A stretch of DNA of 64,000 bases from an uncultured bacterium (lineage in GTDB: Bacteria > Patescibacteriota > Minisyncoccia > UBA6257 > 2-01-FULL-56-20), in contig CAWDZM010000001.1 in assembly GCA_963807165.1 (NCBI GenBank), positions 507,590 through 571,589 of the forward strand, given 5' to 3'. The notes below the pieces were generated by a model. That model was not told the DNA's origin and ran no database searches. It saw nothing but the letters and a program-made list of their open reading frames with translations. Below are positions 55,894 through 64,000 of this stretch, piece after piece; the first letter of the stretch is position 1; each line of letters begins with the position of its first letter. The translations under genes were made by a program, and so were the position numbers.

Positions 55894-58494
55894 TTATTTA
55901 TTTTCAAAAACAAACGCATCATCCTTTACGTTGCACGTGACCCGCGCGCCTTTCGCAATCTTCTTTGCAAGCAGGGCCTCGGAGAGCGGCGCGCGGATAT
56001 GTTCATCGATCGCGCGACGAAGCGGCCGTGCGCCATACGCCGGGTCGTAGCCAAGCTTGGCGATCTTCGTGATCGCCTCATCGCTAAACGTAAGCGTGAT
56101 CCCTTGAAGCTTACAGGCCGCGCACAGCTCGCTCAGATTGATCTGCACGATCTGCGGCAATTCGCTCATCTCTAAATTTTTAAACACAATGATCTTCGAA
56201 AAGCGGTTGAGCAACTCCGGCTTCAGCACATCCGTCAGCCGTGCCTTTAGATAATCTGCGATATCCGCCATAGACTCGCCTTTCCCAAGCGCCTCGTTGA
56301 TAAGATCCGAGTGCGCATTCGACGTGGCAATGATGATGGTATTCGTAAAGTCCACTACGCGACCCATATTGTCGGTAAGCCGACCATCGTCCAACACCTG
56401 CAGGAATAAATTCAAAATATCCGGATACGCTTTTTCAAATTCATCGAGGAGCACCAAGCTATATGGCTTCTCAAGGATCGCATCGGTAAGCGCGCCGCGC
56501 ACCGTGCCGTCCGGCGAACCAATAAAGCGGAAGAAGCTCGTCTTGTCCTGATATTCCGTCATATCAAAACGTACCATCATCTTTTGCGAACCGAACTGGA
56601 TCTCTGCCAATATCTTTGCAAGTTCGGTCTTTCCAACGCCAGTCGGCCCCACAAAGAGGAAGCTCGCGATTGGGCCACCTTTACGCGTCAGCCCACTGCG
56701 ATATTCGCGCAGGGCCTGCGCCACCGCCCCCACCGCTTCATCCTGGCCAATGACACGCTCATGAATCAACGCCTCCATATTTAACAACTTCTTCGCCTCG
56801 TCGCCCTCCGCCTCGTGCATCGGGATATTTACCTTCGCCTCCGCGACCGCTGTCACGCGATCAGGCGTCACGGATTTTTCGCCGCGCCGTTCGGCATCAA
56901 CGATCGCGCTTTTTAATAATTCCTCGGCACTCGCCGGAAGATATTTCCCGCGCAGATATTTCTTTGCAAGAATCACCGCGCGCTTGATCGCGCCAAAACT
57001 TACCTCGATCCGCGATTGCCGTTCAAGCAAAAAGCTCTCGTACGTCAGCACCTTCTCCGCATCAGCTTCCGAGATCTCGTTCACCATGATCGATTCAAAC
57101 ATGCCAGCGAAATCGCTACGCGGTTCGATGAACTGTTTAAACTCTTTTGGATATGAAGTTCCCACGATCGGGAACTGGTTTGCCATAATGATCGGCATCA
57201 GCGCATCAGCTGCGGAAAGATATGCCGTGCCCGATGTGCGCACGAGGTTATGAATATCCGGAATGTAGAGGATGATATTCCCTGCAGTGAAAATCTCTTC
57301 CACAATTGTCTTGAGGCGTGCATCCAATTCCTCCGGCGCCGCGCCGGCGATAAGGCTCTGCAATTGAAGCCCCACCAAGCGCTTATCAAAAAGGCCTTTC
57401 GGCACATCGTCCTTCGTCAAACAAAATGCCAGATGTTGAATAACTGTTTCCTTGCCGATCCCCGCCTCGCCGATCAGGAGCGCGTTCGGATTGATCGGAC
57501 GCGCGAGCGTCTCCACGAGCCGCTCGTACTCCGCATCATGCCCGATAAGAAATCCCACTTCGCGGTCGCGCGCGAGGTCGGTCAGATCGGTGCCATATTT
57601 ATCGAGCGTCGGCGTCGGACGCGAGGTCCATGCGCGATTCATGATGCGATGTTCCATCACATGGTGCGTCACCGGTGCAAAGCCGCCAAGCACCGATGGC
57701 AGGCGAGCAAAGAATCCTCCACCGCCCGCGAGTGCACTGAAGATAAGCGCGCGCTCAAGATCCCCCTCCTCTATATTAAACAGCGCGAAGAGCCTGTCGA
57801 GCGACTCGTTACCCATCGCGGGGAGCGCCGAGAAAAGATCGGCGGGTGCGATGAAGTCGTGGCCGGCGCTCACTGCGGAGGCGAACGCGTGCACCGCAAG
57901 CGGCTCTGCGAACGCCGTATAGTTCTCCGGCGGCGCGGGTTCCGCCATCAGCGCCTCGAGCTTCGCTTTGAACTCATCCGGCTTTACATCCAGGCGGCGC
58001 AGTCCGTCCTCGATCTGTGGCATCTCGAAAAGTCGGTGAGTAAGTTCCAAAAGAAAACTTTTCTTCATAATAACGCTCCGATCCACCGCCCGCTCGATCA
58101 CGCTGAACGTGGAGTGATCCATCACATCCGCAAGGTTCACCCTTCCTTGTTTTGGTAATTCGGAAATCGGCGTGTCCCCTTCACCACGATGCAGAAAAAG
58201 ATCTATCACCACCAACAGGAGAAATACTCCAAGATAAAATAATGGACGAATATCGTATGACAACAAGAACATGAAAGTCGCGACAAAGAGCACAAGATAA
58301 GAAACGTAACTGATGACACGCACCAGCATCCGTCCCGCGATCGTCATGCGCAGGCGGGAATCGTCGAAATAGAATGTGTACTTAGAAATGTTTTGCGACA
58401 TGGAAAATAATAAGGGAAATAATGATGGCAGGAATGGCAAGCCACACAAGATAGGCCACGACGAATGCGAGGGCAAGCACAAGATAGCACACAC
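55894..58494 (-). CDS. Clp/Hsp100-family AAA+ ATPase with N-terminal TM segments and a degenerate first nucleotide-binding domain
   Basis: NBD2 is canonical (GPTGVGKTELAK, LVLLDEFEKA). NBD1 reads GEAGIGKETV and NIILYIPDIH, so Walker A and B are degenerate. Clp_N-like repeats present. Hydrophobic N-terminus; start possibly at the internal MSQNISK. Confidence 0.65.
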   Translation of the reverse strand: MCAILCLPSHSSWPILCGLPFLPSLFPLLFSMSQNISKYTFYFDDSRLRMTIAGRMLVRVISYVSYLVLFVATFMFLLSYDIRPLFYLGVFLLLVVIDLFLHRGEGDTPISELPKQGRVNLADVMDHSTFSVIERAVDRSVIMKKSFLLELTHRLFEMPQIEDGLRRLDVKPDEFKAKLEALMAEPAPPENYTAFAEPLAVHAFASAVSAGHDFIAPADLFSALPAMGNESLDRLFALFNIEEGDLERALIFSALAGGGGFFARLPSVLGGFAPVTHHVMEHRIMNRAWTSRPTPTLDKYGTDLTDLARDREVGFLIGHDAEYERLVETLARPINPNALLIGEAGIGKETVIQHLAFCLTKDDVPKGLFDKRLVGLQLQSLIAGAAPEELDARLKTIVEEIFTAGNIILYIPDIHNLVRTSGTAYLSAADALMPIIMANQFPIVGTSYPKEFKQFIEPRSDFAGMFESIMVNEISEADAEKVLTYESFLLERQSRIEVSFGAIKRAVILAKKYLRGKYLPASAEELLKSAIVDAERRGEKSVTPDRVTAVAEAKVNIPMHEAEGDEAKKLLNMEALIHERVIGQDEAVGAVAQALREYRSGLTRKGGPIASFLFVGPTGVGKTELAKILAEIQFGSQKMMVRFDMTEYQDKTSFFRFIGSPDGTVRGALTDAILEKPYSLVLLDEFEKAYPDILNLFLQVLDDGRLTDNMGRVVDFTNTIIIATSNAHSDLINEALGKGESMADIADYLKARLTDVLKPELLNRFSKIIVFKNLEMSELPQIVQINLSELCAACKLQGITLTFSDEAITKIAKLGYDPAYGARPLRRAIDEHIRAPLSEALLAKKIAKGARVTCNVKDDAFVFENK

Positions 58495-58741
58495 CGCCGA
58501 TCAGCACGCGCACCGAGCGAAACACAATCCCTAATATTCTTCCGATGATACTGTAATCCTTATAGAGCGGCTCGAAAAAATGGCGCAGAGTGATGGCAAC
58601 CGCAAACCGCTGATCTGCCGCCGTGAGCGTCGCCATAAAACGCCGGCCGAACGCCCGCGAACCATCCGCATACCAATGATGAAAAAAATCTAAAAAGCGA
58701 TAGCAAAAGCGCCGGGCAAGATAGACGACGGAAAAATCCAT
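58382..58741 (-). CDS. hypothetical membrane protein
   Basis: 119-aa ORF with two C-terminal TM helices; overlaps the clp ORF extension. Confidence 0.2.
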   Translation of the reverse strand: MDFSVVYLARRFCYRFLDFFHHWYADGSRAFGRRFMATLTAADQRFAVAITLRHFFEPLYKDYSIIGRILGIVFRSVRVLIGGVCYLVLALAFVVAYLVWLAIPAIIISLIIFHVAKHF

Positions 58742-58764
58742 ACCCTAATAATACCACCGGAACG

Positions 58765-59340
58765 CTAAAATAGCCCCGTTTGATTGGGCTTTCCCTGCTT
58801 GGGATCTTTGGGCGAACGCGCCCGGTCGCCATCCGTAGGTGCCGTGAACGCCGGTGGCAATTCGATCCGTCCGAACTCGCCCGACAACACACTCGGGATC
58901 TTTTTAAAATCGCCGCGCAGGGTTTCCATCATCTGCGTGGAGCGAAGCGCTGCTGCGGGATGATAGACCGGGAAAATAGTTCGGCCATCGACGATGAGCG
59001 GATGCCCATGGTCACGGGTGATCTTTGCCTCCGGCAAAAAATAATTCATCGAAAAACGCCCGAGCGTGACAATGAGCTTCGGATCGATCACCGCAATCTG
59101 CCGCGTGAGGTACGGCTTGTACGCCTCAATCTCCGCCGGGAGCGGATCGCGATTCTCCGGCGGGCGACGCTTGACGATATTCGTGATGTACACGTCCGCG
59201 CGCTTCCATCCAAGGCCTTCAATCATATTATCGAGCAGCTGGCCGCCGCGTCCGACGAACGGCCGACGCAAGCGATCTTCATTTACGCCCGGCGCTTCGC
59301 CGATGAACATCACCGCGCAATTAATACTTGCCTTCACCAA
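58765..59340 (-). CDS. uracil-DNA glycosylase, family 4
   Basis: FIGEAPGVNEDRLRRPFVGRGGQLLD matches the family-4 motif A (GE.PG..E...G.PF.G.AG..L). Confidence 0.7.
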   Translation of the reverse strand: MVKASINCAVMFIGEAPGVNEDRLRRPFVGRGGQLLDNMIEGLGWKRADVYITNIVKRRPPENRDPLPAEIEAYKPYLTRQIAVIDPKLIVTLGRFSMNYFLPEAKITRDHGHPLIVDGRTIFPVYHPAAALRSTQMMETLRGDFKKIPSVLSGEFGRIELPPAFTAPTDGDRARSPKDPKQGKPNQTGLF

Positions 59341-59433
59341 AAACCAGGTTTGATTCCAAAAGCGGGAGCGATCGATTCGCCACCATCTCCGCCTCTATTT
59401 TTTTAAGCTCAGCTTGTTTGTCCATAAGGACAA

Positions 59434-60180
59434 TTATAGCGTAGTTGCCTCGTCGGCGAACACCACGAGACGATTGGAATAACTTTTCTCAGCCGCGTTC
59501 CACGTTCCCTCGCACGTGATGAGGTTTAGATGCGCCAGGCCATCGCTTGAATTAAAAACGGTTATCGCGCTGTCATCTTGGCCGAAGATCCCGAGCGACT
59601 GCACGATAAACGTTCTCATCGCTCCCTGATCATCCACTACATAGATCTTGTCGCCTGGCTGTAATTTATTAAGATCATCGAATATCGCGAATATCCCGTC
59701 CTTCCATCCTTCGTGCCCGGCGATCACCGCACTGCCGATCTGACCCGGGCGCGCGCCGAGATCAAACCACGTGGTGCTGGTCGGGCCCACCGGCACCCCC
59801 ATCGCTCCATCAGCCATAACACCCATCGGCGCAATGGTGGTATTAATATTGATCGCGGGGATGATGAGACCGACGGGAATCCCGATGGGCGCTGACGTCG
59901 TTGTTGTGCTGTTGGCGCTGTTGGTGATAGTGGTAGCGGAAACGGTAGTACTAGCAGTAATCAATGCAACGGCAGAAGGGATAGCGGCCAGATTAATCAC
60001 CGGATAGATGGTTTGTTCCGAACTGCGATGGTTTGTAATAAAAATGATTATTCCCGCGCAGACCAACCCAGCCGCACCGAGGGCGATTGCCGTCCATAAC
60101 GCCGAGAATTTTATCACGTTAAGCAACCGGCTTCTTTCGGATGACAAAGAAGAGGATGGCTGCAGAGAGGCCAAGCACAA
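59434..60180 (-). CDS. sortase-family transpeptidase
   Basis: N-terminal TM, AGHEGWK (His) and LNLITCEG (TLxTC catalytic Cys). Confidence 0.65.
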   Translation of the reverse strand: MCLASLQPSSSLSSERSRLLNVIKFSALWTAIALGAAGLVCAGIIIFITNHRSSEQTIYPVINLAAIPSAVALITASTTVSATTITNSANSTTTTSAPIGIPVGLIIPAININTTIAPMGVMADGAMGVPVGPTSTTWFDLGARPGQIGSAVIAGHEGWKDGIFAIFDDLNKLQPGDKIYVVDDQGAMRTFIVQSLGIFGQDDSAITVFNSSDGLAHLNLITCEGTWNAAEKSYSNRLVVFADEATTL

Positions 60181-60781
60181 TGAGAATCACCCAAGGAATG
60201 ACAATCCCCTCCGGAGGAAATCCCGTATCAGGAAGTCCGGGTGTCGCTACGAGCACGGTAGCGAAAGCGTAGCTTATGGTAGTAAGACCATTCGCAGTCC
60301 CTTCGGCCGTAGCAGTGTTCATCGTCGAGGCAGTAATATCCGTACTGCAAACATAGTTCCACGTCTCACTGGGATCCAACAAATTATTATTATTTACGTC
60401 ACCAGAAACATATTTTACCGGACTGCACTTATTATCGGTAACCGTCACATCGCTGAGCGGAACCACGCCGGGATTGGTCACGGTATAGGTATAACTGACC
60501 ATACCGCCACCGACCGGGAACGGCGTCAAACGACTCGGTACTTTTATGATATTGATGAGCGGCGGGTCTATCGGCGCGCCAACGATAACGGTGGCAACTG
60601 CCGTTGCAACCGCCGTTGAGCCATCCGTGTGGCCGGTCGCGATGGCGGTGTTGGTCGTGGTGGTCGCAAGCGTCGCGGTACAGCTATATAGCCAGTGCTC
60701 TCCAAGATCAAGCTGTCCATTATTATTCGTATCACCGGAAAGATATGCCACCGGAGCGCATCGATTGTCGGTCACCGTCAC
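60119..60781 (-). CDS. LPXTG-anchored surface protein, 5'-truncated fragment
   Basis: C-terminal LPDTG plus hydrophobic helix plus RKKPVA sorting signal. Repeats VTVTDN(R/K)C(A/S)PV.Y(L/V)SGD. No signal peptide: the ORF begins inside a repeat. Confidence 0.5.
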   Translation of the reverse strand: MTVTDNRCAPVAYLSGDTNNNGQLDLGEHWLYSCTATLATTTTNTAIATGHTDGSTAVATAVATVIVGAPIDPPLINIIKVPSRLTPFPVGGGMVSYTYTVTNPGVVPLSDVTVTDNKCSPVKYVSGDVNNNNLLDPSETWNYVCSTDITASTMNTATAEGTANGLTTISYAFATVLVATPGLPDTGFPPEGIVIPWVILIVLGLSAAILFFVIRKKPVA

Positions 60782-60823
60782 GTTACATCGTGCTTATCTT
60801 CCGCCTTATCTAATAAAAAACCC

Positions 60824-61141
60824 ATGGGATTTGACCAATATCACGAACCGCCAGAAGAGCTGTCGCCCGAGGTGCGGACATTCGCCCGCATGATGCAAGG
60901 ACTCATCGAAGAAGCGGAGGCGATCGACTGGTACGAACAGCGCATGTCCGTCGAGAGCGATCATGACGCTAAAAGCATCATGAAAGAAGAGCAGGCGGAG
61001 GAAATGAAGCACTTCAGCATGGACCTAGAATTCTTACTCCGGAAAAAGCCAGAGTGGCATACGATCCTTAAAGCCATCCTATTCCAAAAAGGGAACATCG
61101 TGAAGCATGGCGAGGAGGCGGAAGAAAAAGCGGGGGTTTAA
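60824..61141 (+). CDS. hypothetical acidic protein
   Basis: Starts at MGFDQYHEPPEE...; about 105 aa, helical and acidic; no motif. Confidence 0.3.
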   Translation: MGFDQYHEPPEELSPEVRTFARMMQGLIEEAEAIDWYEQRMSVESDHDAKSIMKEEQAEEMKHFSMDLEFLLRKKPEWHTILKAILFQKGNIVKHGEEAEEKAGV

Positions 61142-61170
61142 TATCACGCAAAAACCTTCTTCATTAAGCA

Positions 61171-61290
61171 GCACAAACAAAAAGAGGCATCCTTTTGAGA
61201 ACATCTCGGAAGCGCGAAGGCGCTGAGAGTAAGCGCGCGGCCAGCAGGCCGCGACGCGGTTCTCAAAAGGATGCCTCTTTTTGTTTGTGC
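61171..61290. repeat. 32-bp perfect inverted repeat with a 56-nt GC-rich spacer, abutting the tRNA-Arg 3' end
   Basis: gcacaaacaaaaagaggcatccttttgagaac at 61171-61202 versus gttctcaaaaggatgcctctttttgtttgtgc at 61259-61290. Confidence 0.6.
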
Positions 61291-61359
61291 TCTCGCGTGG
61301 AATCGAACCACGACCACCTCCTTCGGAGGGAGATATTCTATCCATTAAACTACGAGAGC
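61288..61359 (-). tRNA. tRNA-Arg (anticodon CCG)
   Basis: Acceptor GCTCTCG/CGAGAGC. Anticodon arm TCTCC-CTCCGAA-GGAGG (U33, anticodon CCG, A37). T-arm CGTGG-TTCGATT-CCACG. 72 nt, discriminator A. Confidence 0.6.
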
Positions 61360-61390
61360 GTGCGGCATCTGCGCCGCCAGAAGCACAGCC

Positions 61391-62488
61391 CTATCTTACT
61401 ATAAATATATATATAGAGTAAATCGCGGCACAGACAAAGATCGCCGAAAGGATATCCATCAATACTTTCTCGCGAACGGAGAGTGAAAGTGTCCGGCGGC
61501 TGACGGAGACGATAAGAAGATATTGTGTACTGATGAAGACGCCGCCGGTAAGGGAAATAATCGTTAAAAAATTATGAAGCCCGGCGAAGATGGCGATGAG
61601 CGGCAAAAATATAATGGCGGCGCGCGACGCAACGGAGTTCCAGCGCAGATCCTTTTCGATGGCGCCGCGGATCTCGCGTGAGAGCGGCAACGACACGACG
61701 GCCAGTGCGAGTAATCCGATCACTGCCAAAATATCCTTCCGCCACGTCGGCCATGTGCCGATGCCGGAGATCGTATCCATCGCCACATGCCCGCCGGCGC
61801 CGATCACGCCAAGCGCGAAGAACCAGTATAAAAGCCCTGCGAGCGCGCTCCCCGTTGCCAACACCCAAAAAATATTTTTCTTTGGCCGCGCAAACTCATA
61901 CACCTGTTCAACGCTCGTCCACCCGGCGATCGCAAAAAGCACGGCGCCGAAGGGGAAGAAAAGATTTTCCGGCACCGCGACCGGCATGTTCGCAAACGCA
62001 ACTACGGGATGCCCCGATACAAAGATGAATGCGATAGCGCAGGAGATAAGCGCGATGCCCGTTACCTCAAGCCAGGCGATTCTCCCCTCGCTCCCCCAGA
62101 TCAGACACGCGAGTAAAAACCAGAAGAGTCCGAGCGCAAATCCTTGCGAGATCCCCGGAATGAGGATCGTCAGGAACTGCGTGCCAAGCACCAGATACGC
62201 GACGAAGCCCAATAACAAACCGATCACGATCGCGAGAAAGCCGATCCAAAAACCAACACTCCCAAAATATTTTTGCGCGAGGCCGAGCAGTCGCTCCTTC
62301 TCATTGGTTGCGGCGAGCGTCCGCAGATAGAAAGAATGCACGACCGAGACCACAAGGATAAGTGCCAAAAAGTATCCGAGCGCAATCGCCCATCCAGATG
62401 TCTGGATCACGTACGGGATCGCGAATACGCCGGAACCGATGGTCGCAGCGGCGACGATCGCCGCAATCATAAATGATTTTTTAGTCAT
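61391..62488 (-). CDS. amino-acid permease (APC/HAAAP-like, ~11 TM)
   Basis: 365 aa, polytopic. N-terminal GSGVFAIPY resembles amino-acid transporter signatures. Confidence 0.4.
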   Translation of the reverse strand: MTKKSFMIAAIVAAATIGSGVFAIPYVIQTSGWAIALGYFLALILVVSVVHSFYLRTLAATNEKERLLGLAQKYFGSVGFWIGFLAIVIGLLLGFVAYLVLGTQFLTILIPGISQGFALGLFWFLLACLIWGSEGRIAWLEVTGIALISCAIAFIFVSGHPVVAFANMPVAVPENLFFPFGAVLFAIAGWTSVEQVYEFARPKKNIFWVLATGSALAGLLYWFFALGVIGAGGHVAMDTISGIGTWPTWRKDILAVIGLLALAVVSLPLSREIRGAIEKDLRWNSVASRAAIIFLPLIAIFAGLHNFLTIISLTGGVFISTQYLLIVSVSRRTLSLSVREKVLMDILSAIFVCAAIYSIYIFIVR

Positions 62489-62511
62489 GCCCCGCTCCGT
62501 TATTATGCCTA

Positions 62512-62865
62512 TTATGCCTTATATACTAAATCCCCTTCACGAACACGCTTTTTTAATTTGATGCCGATCTGTTTTTTGGGTTGCGCAACCTTGACCGGTT
62601 CATGATCGAATTGCATAGACTTCGCCGCCTCCTTAAAATCCGTCGTGGCGCCTTTGAAATATAATTCAGCGCCGACTTTCACTTTGGTATTGAACTTTAC
62701 GATCGCCACTTTGATGTGCGCATAATAATGCGTCACTTTGCCGATCGGCTTCACTTTTTTCGGTGGGGAAACTTTTTTGGCGACCGGCCGCGTGGCATTT
62801 TTTTTCTTTGACTTTGCCTCCGGCGCAACTTTCTTTTTTTTGAGGGTCTTTTTCTTCGTAGCCAT
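62512..62865 (-). CDS. Lys-rich nucleic-acid-binding protein with a small beta-barrel C-domain
   Basis: N-terminal KKKTLKKKKVAPEAKSKKK histone-H1-like tail. The C-terminal ~70 aa shows an alternating pattern reminiscent of EF-Tu domain 2 / KOW-like barrels. Confidence 0.3.
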   Translation of the reverse strand: MATKKKTLKKKKVAPEAKSKKKNATRPVAKKVSPPKKVKPIGKVTHYYAHIKVAIVKFNTKVKVGAELYFKGATTDFKEAAKSMQFDHEPVKVAQPKKQIGIKLKKRVREGDLVYKA

Positions 62866-62870
62866 GGTCG

Positions 62871-63455
62871 TTATTCGATCTCTCTTTTTTCCTCTTCTTC
62901 GTGGATCATCTCGACGATCTTTTCGATCAATGCCTTCGGGTTGGAATCGAATACCGCCTTGCCGTTACCGCGATGTGCAATCTTCAGAATGTGCTCAAGT
63001 TCGTCGCTTGTGCCGCCCGTGCCCGTCAACACGCCTTGCGGTTTTTTGTCCTCAAACGCGATCGTGAATTCGTTGAGCGTGCCAATGCGGCCGTAGACGG
63101 TCACCACCGCGTCCGCCGAACGGGTAAGCAATAAGTTGCGGCCTGAATAGCCAAATCCCGTATAGATGATGAGGTCGTGATAATCGAGCGGAAGATGGTA
63201 GGTGCGCACGTGCGCCGCTTTCGATTCCGCAGGCGAAAGCCCGATGACGATGCCGCCCGCCTCCTTTGCGCCCTTCGCCGCATACCATGGGATGCCGGTG
63301 GTCGCGCCCGTCACAAGCACCATACCCGCCTCTGCAATCAGCTTTCCTATCTCTTCCGCCTTCTCCACTGTTCCCGGCGGGCAATGTTCGATCTCCGCCG
63401 CTCCCGAAACGCATACTTTATATTTAAGGTGATAGCTCGTATCTATTTTATTCAT
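62871..63455 (-). CDS. LOG-family (TIGR00725-like) Rossmann-fold protein
   Basis: VTGATTGIPWYAAKGAKEAGG and GRIGTLNE match the LOG motifs. Confidence 0.55.
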   Translation of the reverse strand: MNKIDTSYHLKYKVCVSGAAEIEHCPPGTVEKAEEIGKLIAEAGMVLVTGATTGIPWYAAKGAKEAGGIVIGLSPAESKAAHVRTYHLPLDYHDLIIYTGFGYSGRNLLLTRSADAVVTVYGRIGTLNEFTIAFEDKKPQGVLTGTGGTSDELEHILKIAHRGNGKAVFDSNPKALIEKIVEMIHEEEEKREIE

Positions 63456-63483
63456 AGTCAGAATTTTATTATCGTTTTTATTA

Positions 63484-64000
63484 TTATAGCGTAACGCTCT
63501 CGTTCATGTGCGGCACCTCGGCCACGATACCAAACCCATCGATGATCTTGTGCGCAAGCGTCTCGGCTGACGTCTGCTCACCTTGCACCACAAACACTTT
63601 CTTTAATGAAGTTTTCATACTGCTCAGCCAATCAAGTAAGTGGGGCTGATCTGCGTGCGCGGAATATCCCGGGATGTCGATCTTATGGCACCGCACCGGT
63701 ACCGTCTCACTAAAAATGTGCACCTCCGTAGCGCCTTCGAGCAACTGCCGCCCCATCGAATTCTCTGCCTGATAGCCCACAAAAACGACTTCACTCTTTG
63801 GATCAGGAAGATACCGTAGCTCGTGATGCAGAATGCGTCCGCCATTTGACATACCGGAACCGGCGATGATGATCTTTGGCGCAGGGACATCATTGATCCC
63901 CTTTGACTCTTCCGAGGTAAGCGTATTCCGCATGCCAGGGAAGCTCAGTACATCCTCGCCTGCCGTCAAAATATTTTCAACTTTATCATTGAACGAATCC
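63484..64000 (-). CDS. beta-CASP / MBL-fold RNA-metabolising hydrolase, C-terminal part (gene continues past window end)
   Basis: IIIAGSGMSNGGRILHH and IPGYSAHADQPHLLDWL are beta-CASP motifs. No in-frame stop lies upstream before the window edge. Confidence 0.55.
   Translation of the reverse strand, partial: DSFNDKVENILTAGEDVLSFPGMRNTLTSEESKGINDVPAPKIIIAGSGMSNGGRILHHELRYLPDPKSEVVFVGYQAENSMGRQLLEGATEVHIFSETVPVRCHKIDIPGYSAHADQPHLLDWLSSMKTSLKKVFVVQGEQTSAETLAHKIIDGFGIVAEVPHMNESVTL

Noticed and set aside
1-64000. Searched by eye for CRISPR arrays (regularly spaced 25-40-nt direct repeats) and cas genes.
   Set aside because: None found. The only short repeats are the two 53-mers, the two conserved-loop hairpins and the tRNA-Arg inverted repeat.

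Overview
64 kb of bacterial chromosome: GC-rich housekeeping DNA on both sides of a visibly AT-rich ~23 kb island at about 25966-49275. The island ends at the 3' end of a tmRNA gene, next to two tandem serine recombinase genes. Left flank: rny (partial), gpmI, secG, a family-5 solute-binding protein, tRNA-Leu(CAG), a HIT protein, RNase J, a cell-wall amidase, trpS, ileS, argS, smpB, a PLP enzyme, panD, cspA, an Nramp transporter, and fur. Right flank: infC-rpmI-rplT, a NUDIX hydrolase, a MazF-like toxin, PolX, a Clp-family ATPase, family-4 UDG, a sortase plus a truncated LPXTG substrate, tRNA-Arg(CCG), an amino-acid permease, a LOG-family protein, and a partial beta-CASP ribonuclease. Island contents: (i) a tight minus-strand operon for a 933-aa protein fusing a GHKL (Bergerat-fold) ATPase to sigma70-region-4-like and DnaA-domain-IV-like helix-turn-helix domains, followed by a SMODS/CD-NTase-like nucleotidyltransferase, a 2TM SLATT-like protein and a GIY-YIG nuclease, a candidate undescribed CBASS-like defence system. 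(ii) A second operon with five tandem paralogous ~70-aa HTH proteins, a HEPN (Abi-like) protein and an AlbA_2/Schlafen-like protein. (iii) A plasmid-like replication module: a DnaB C-terminal-domain-only RepA-like helicase and a VirE/primase-like P-loop protein. (iv) An asparagine synthetase, secreted Cys-rich proteins and an S1 protease as cargo. Other observations: a histidine-phosphatase domain inserted into IleRS; three genes (gpmI, ileS, a serine recombinase) with local frame disruptions; two terminator hairpins that share an identical 25-nt loop; a ~210-nt promoter-to-terminator candidate ncRNA next to smpB; a tRNA-like structure that lacks tRNA motifs; a 7-1-7 palindrome upstream of fur. 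No CRISPR array was seen. All calls come from reading the sequence and the supplied ORF translations; no database search was run.
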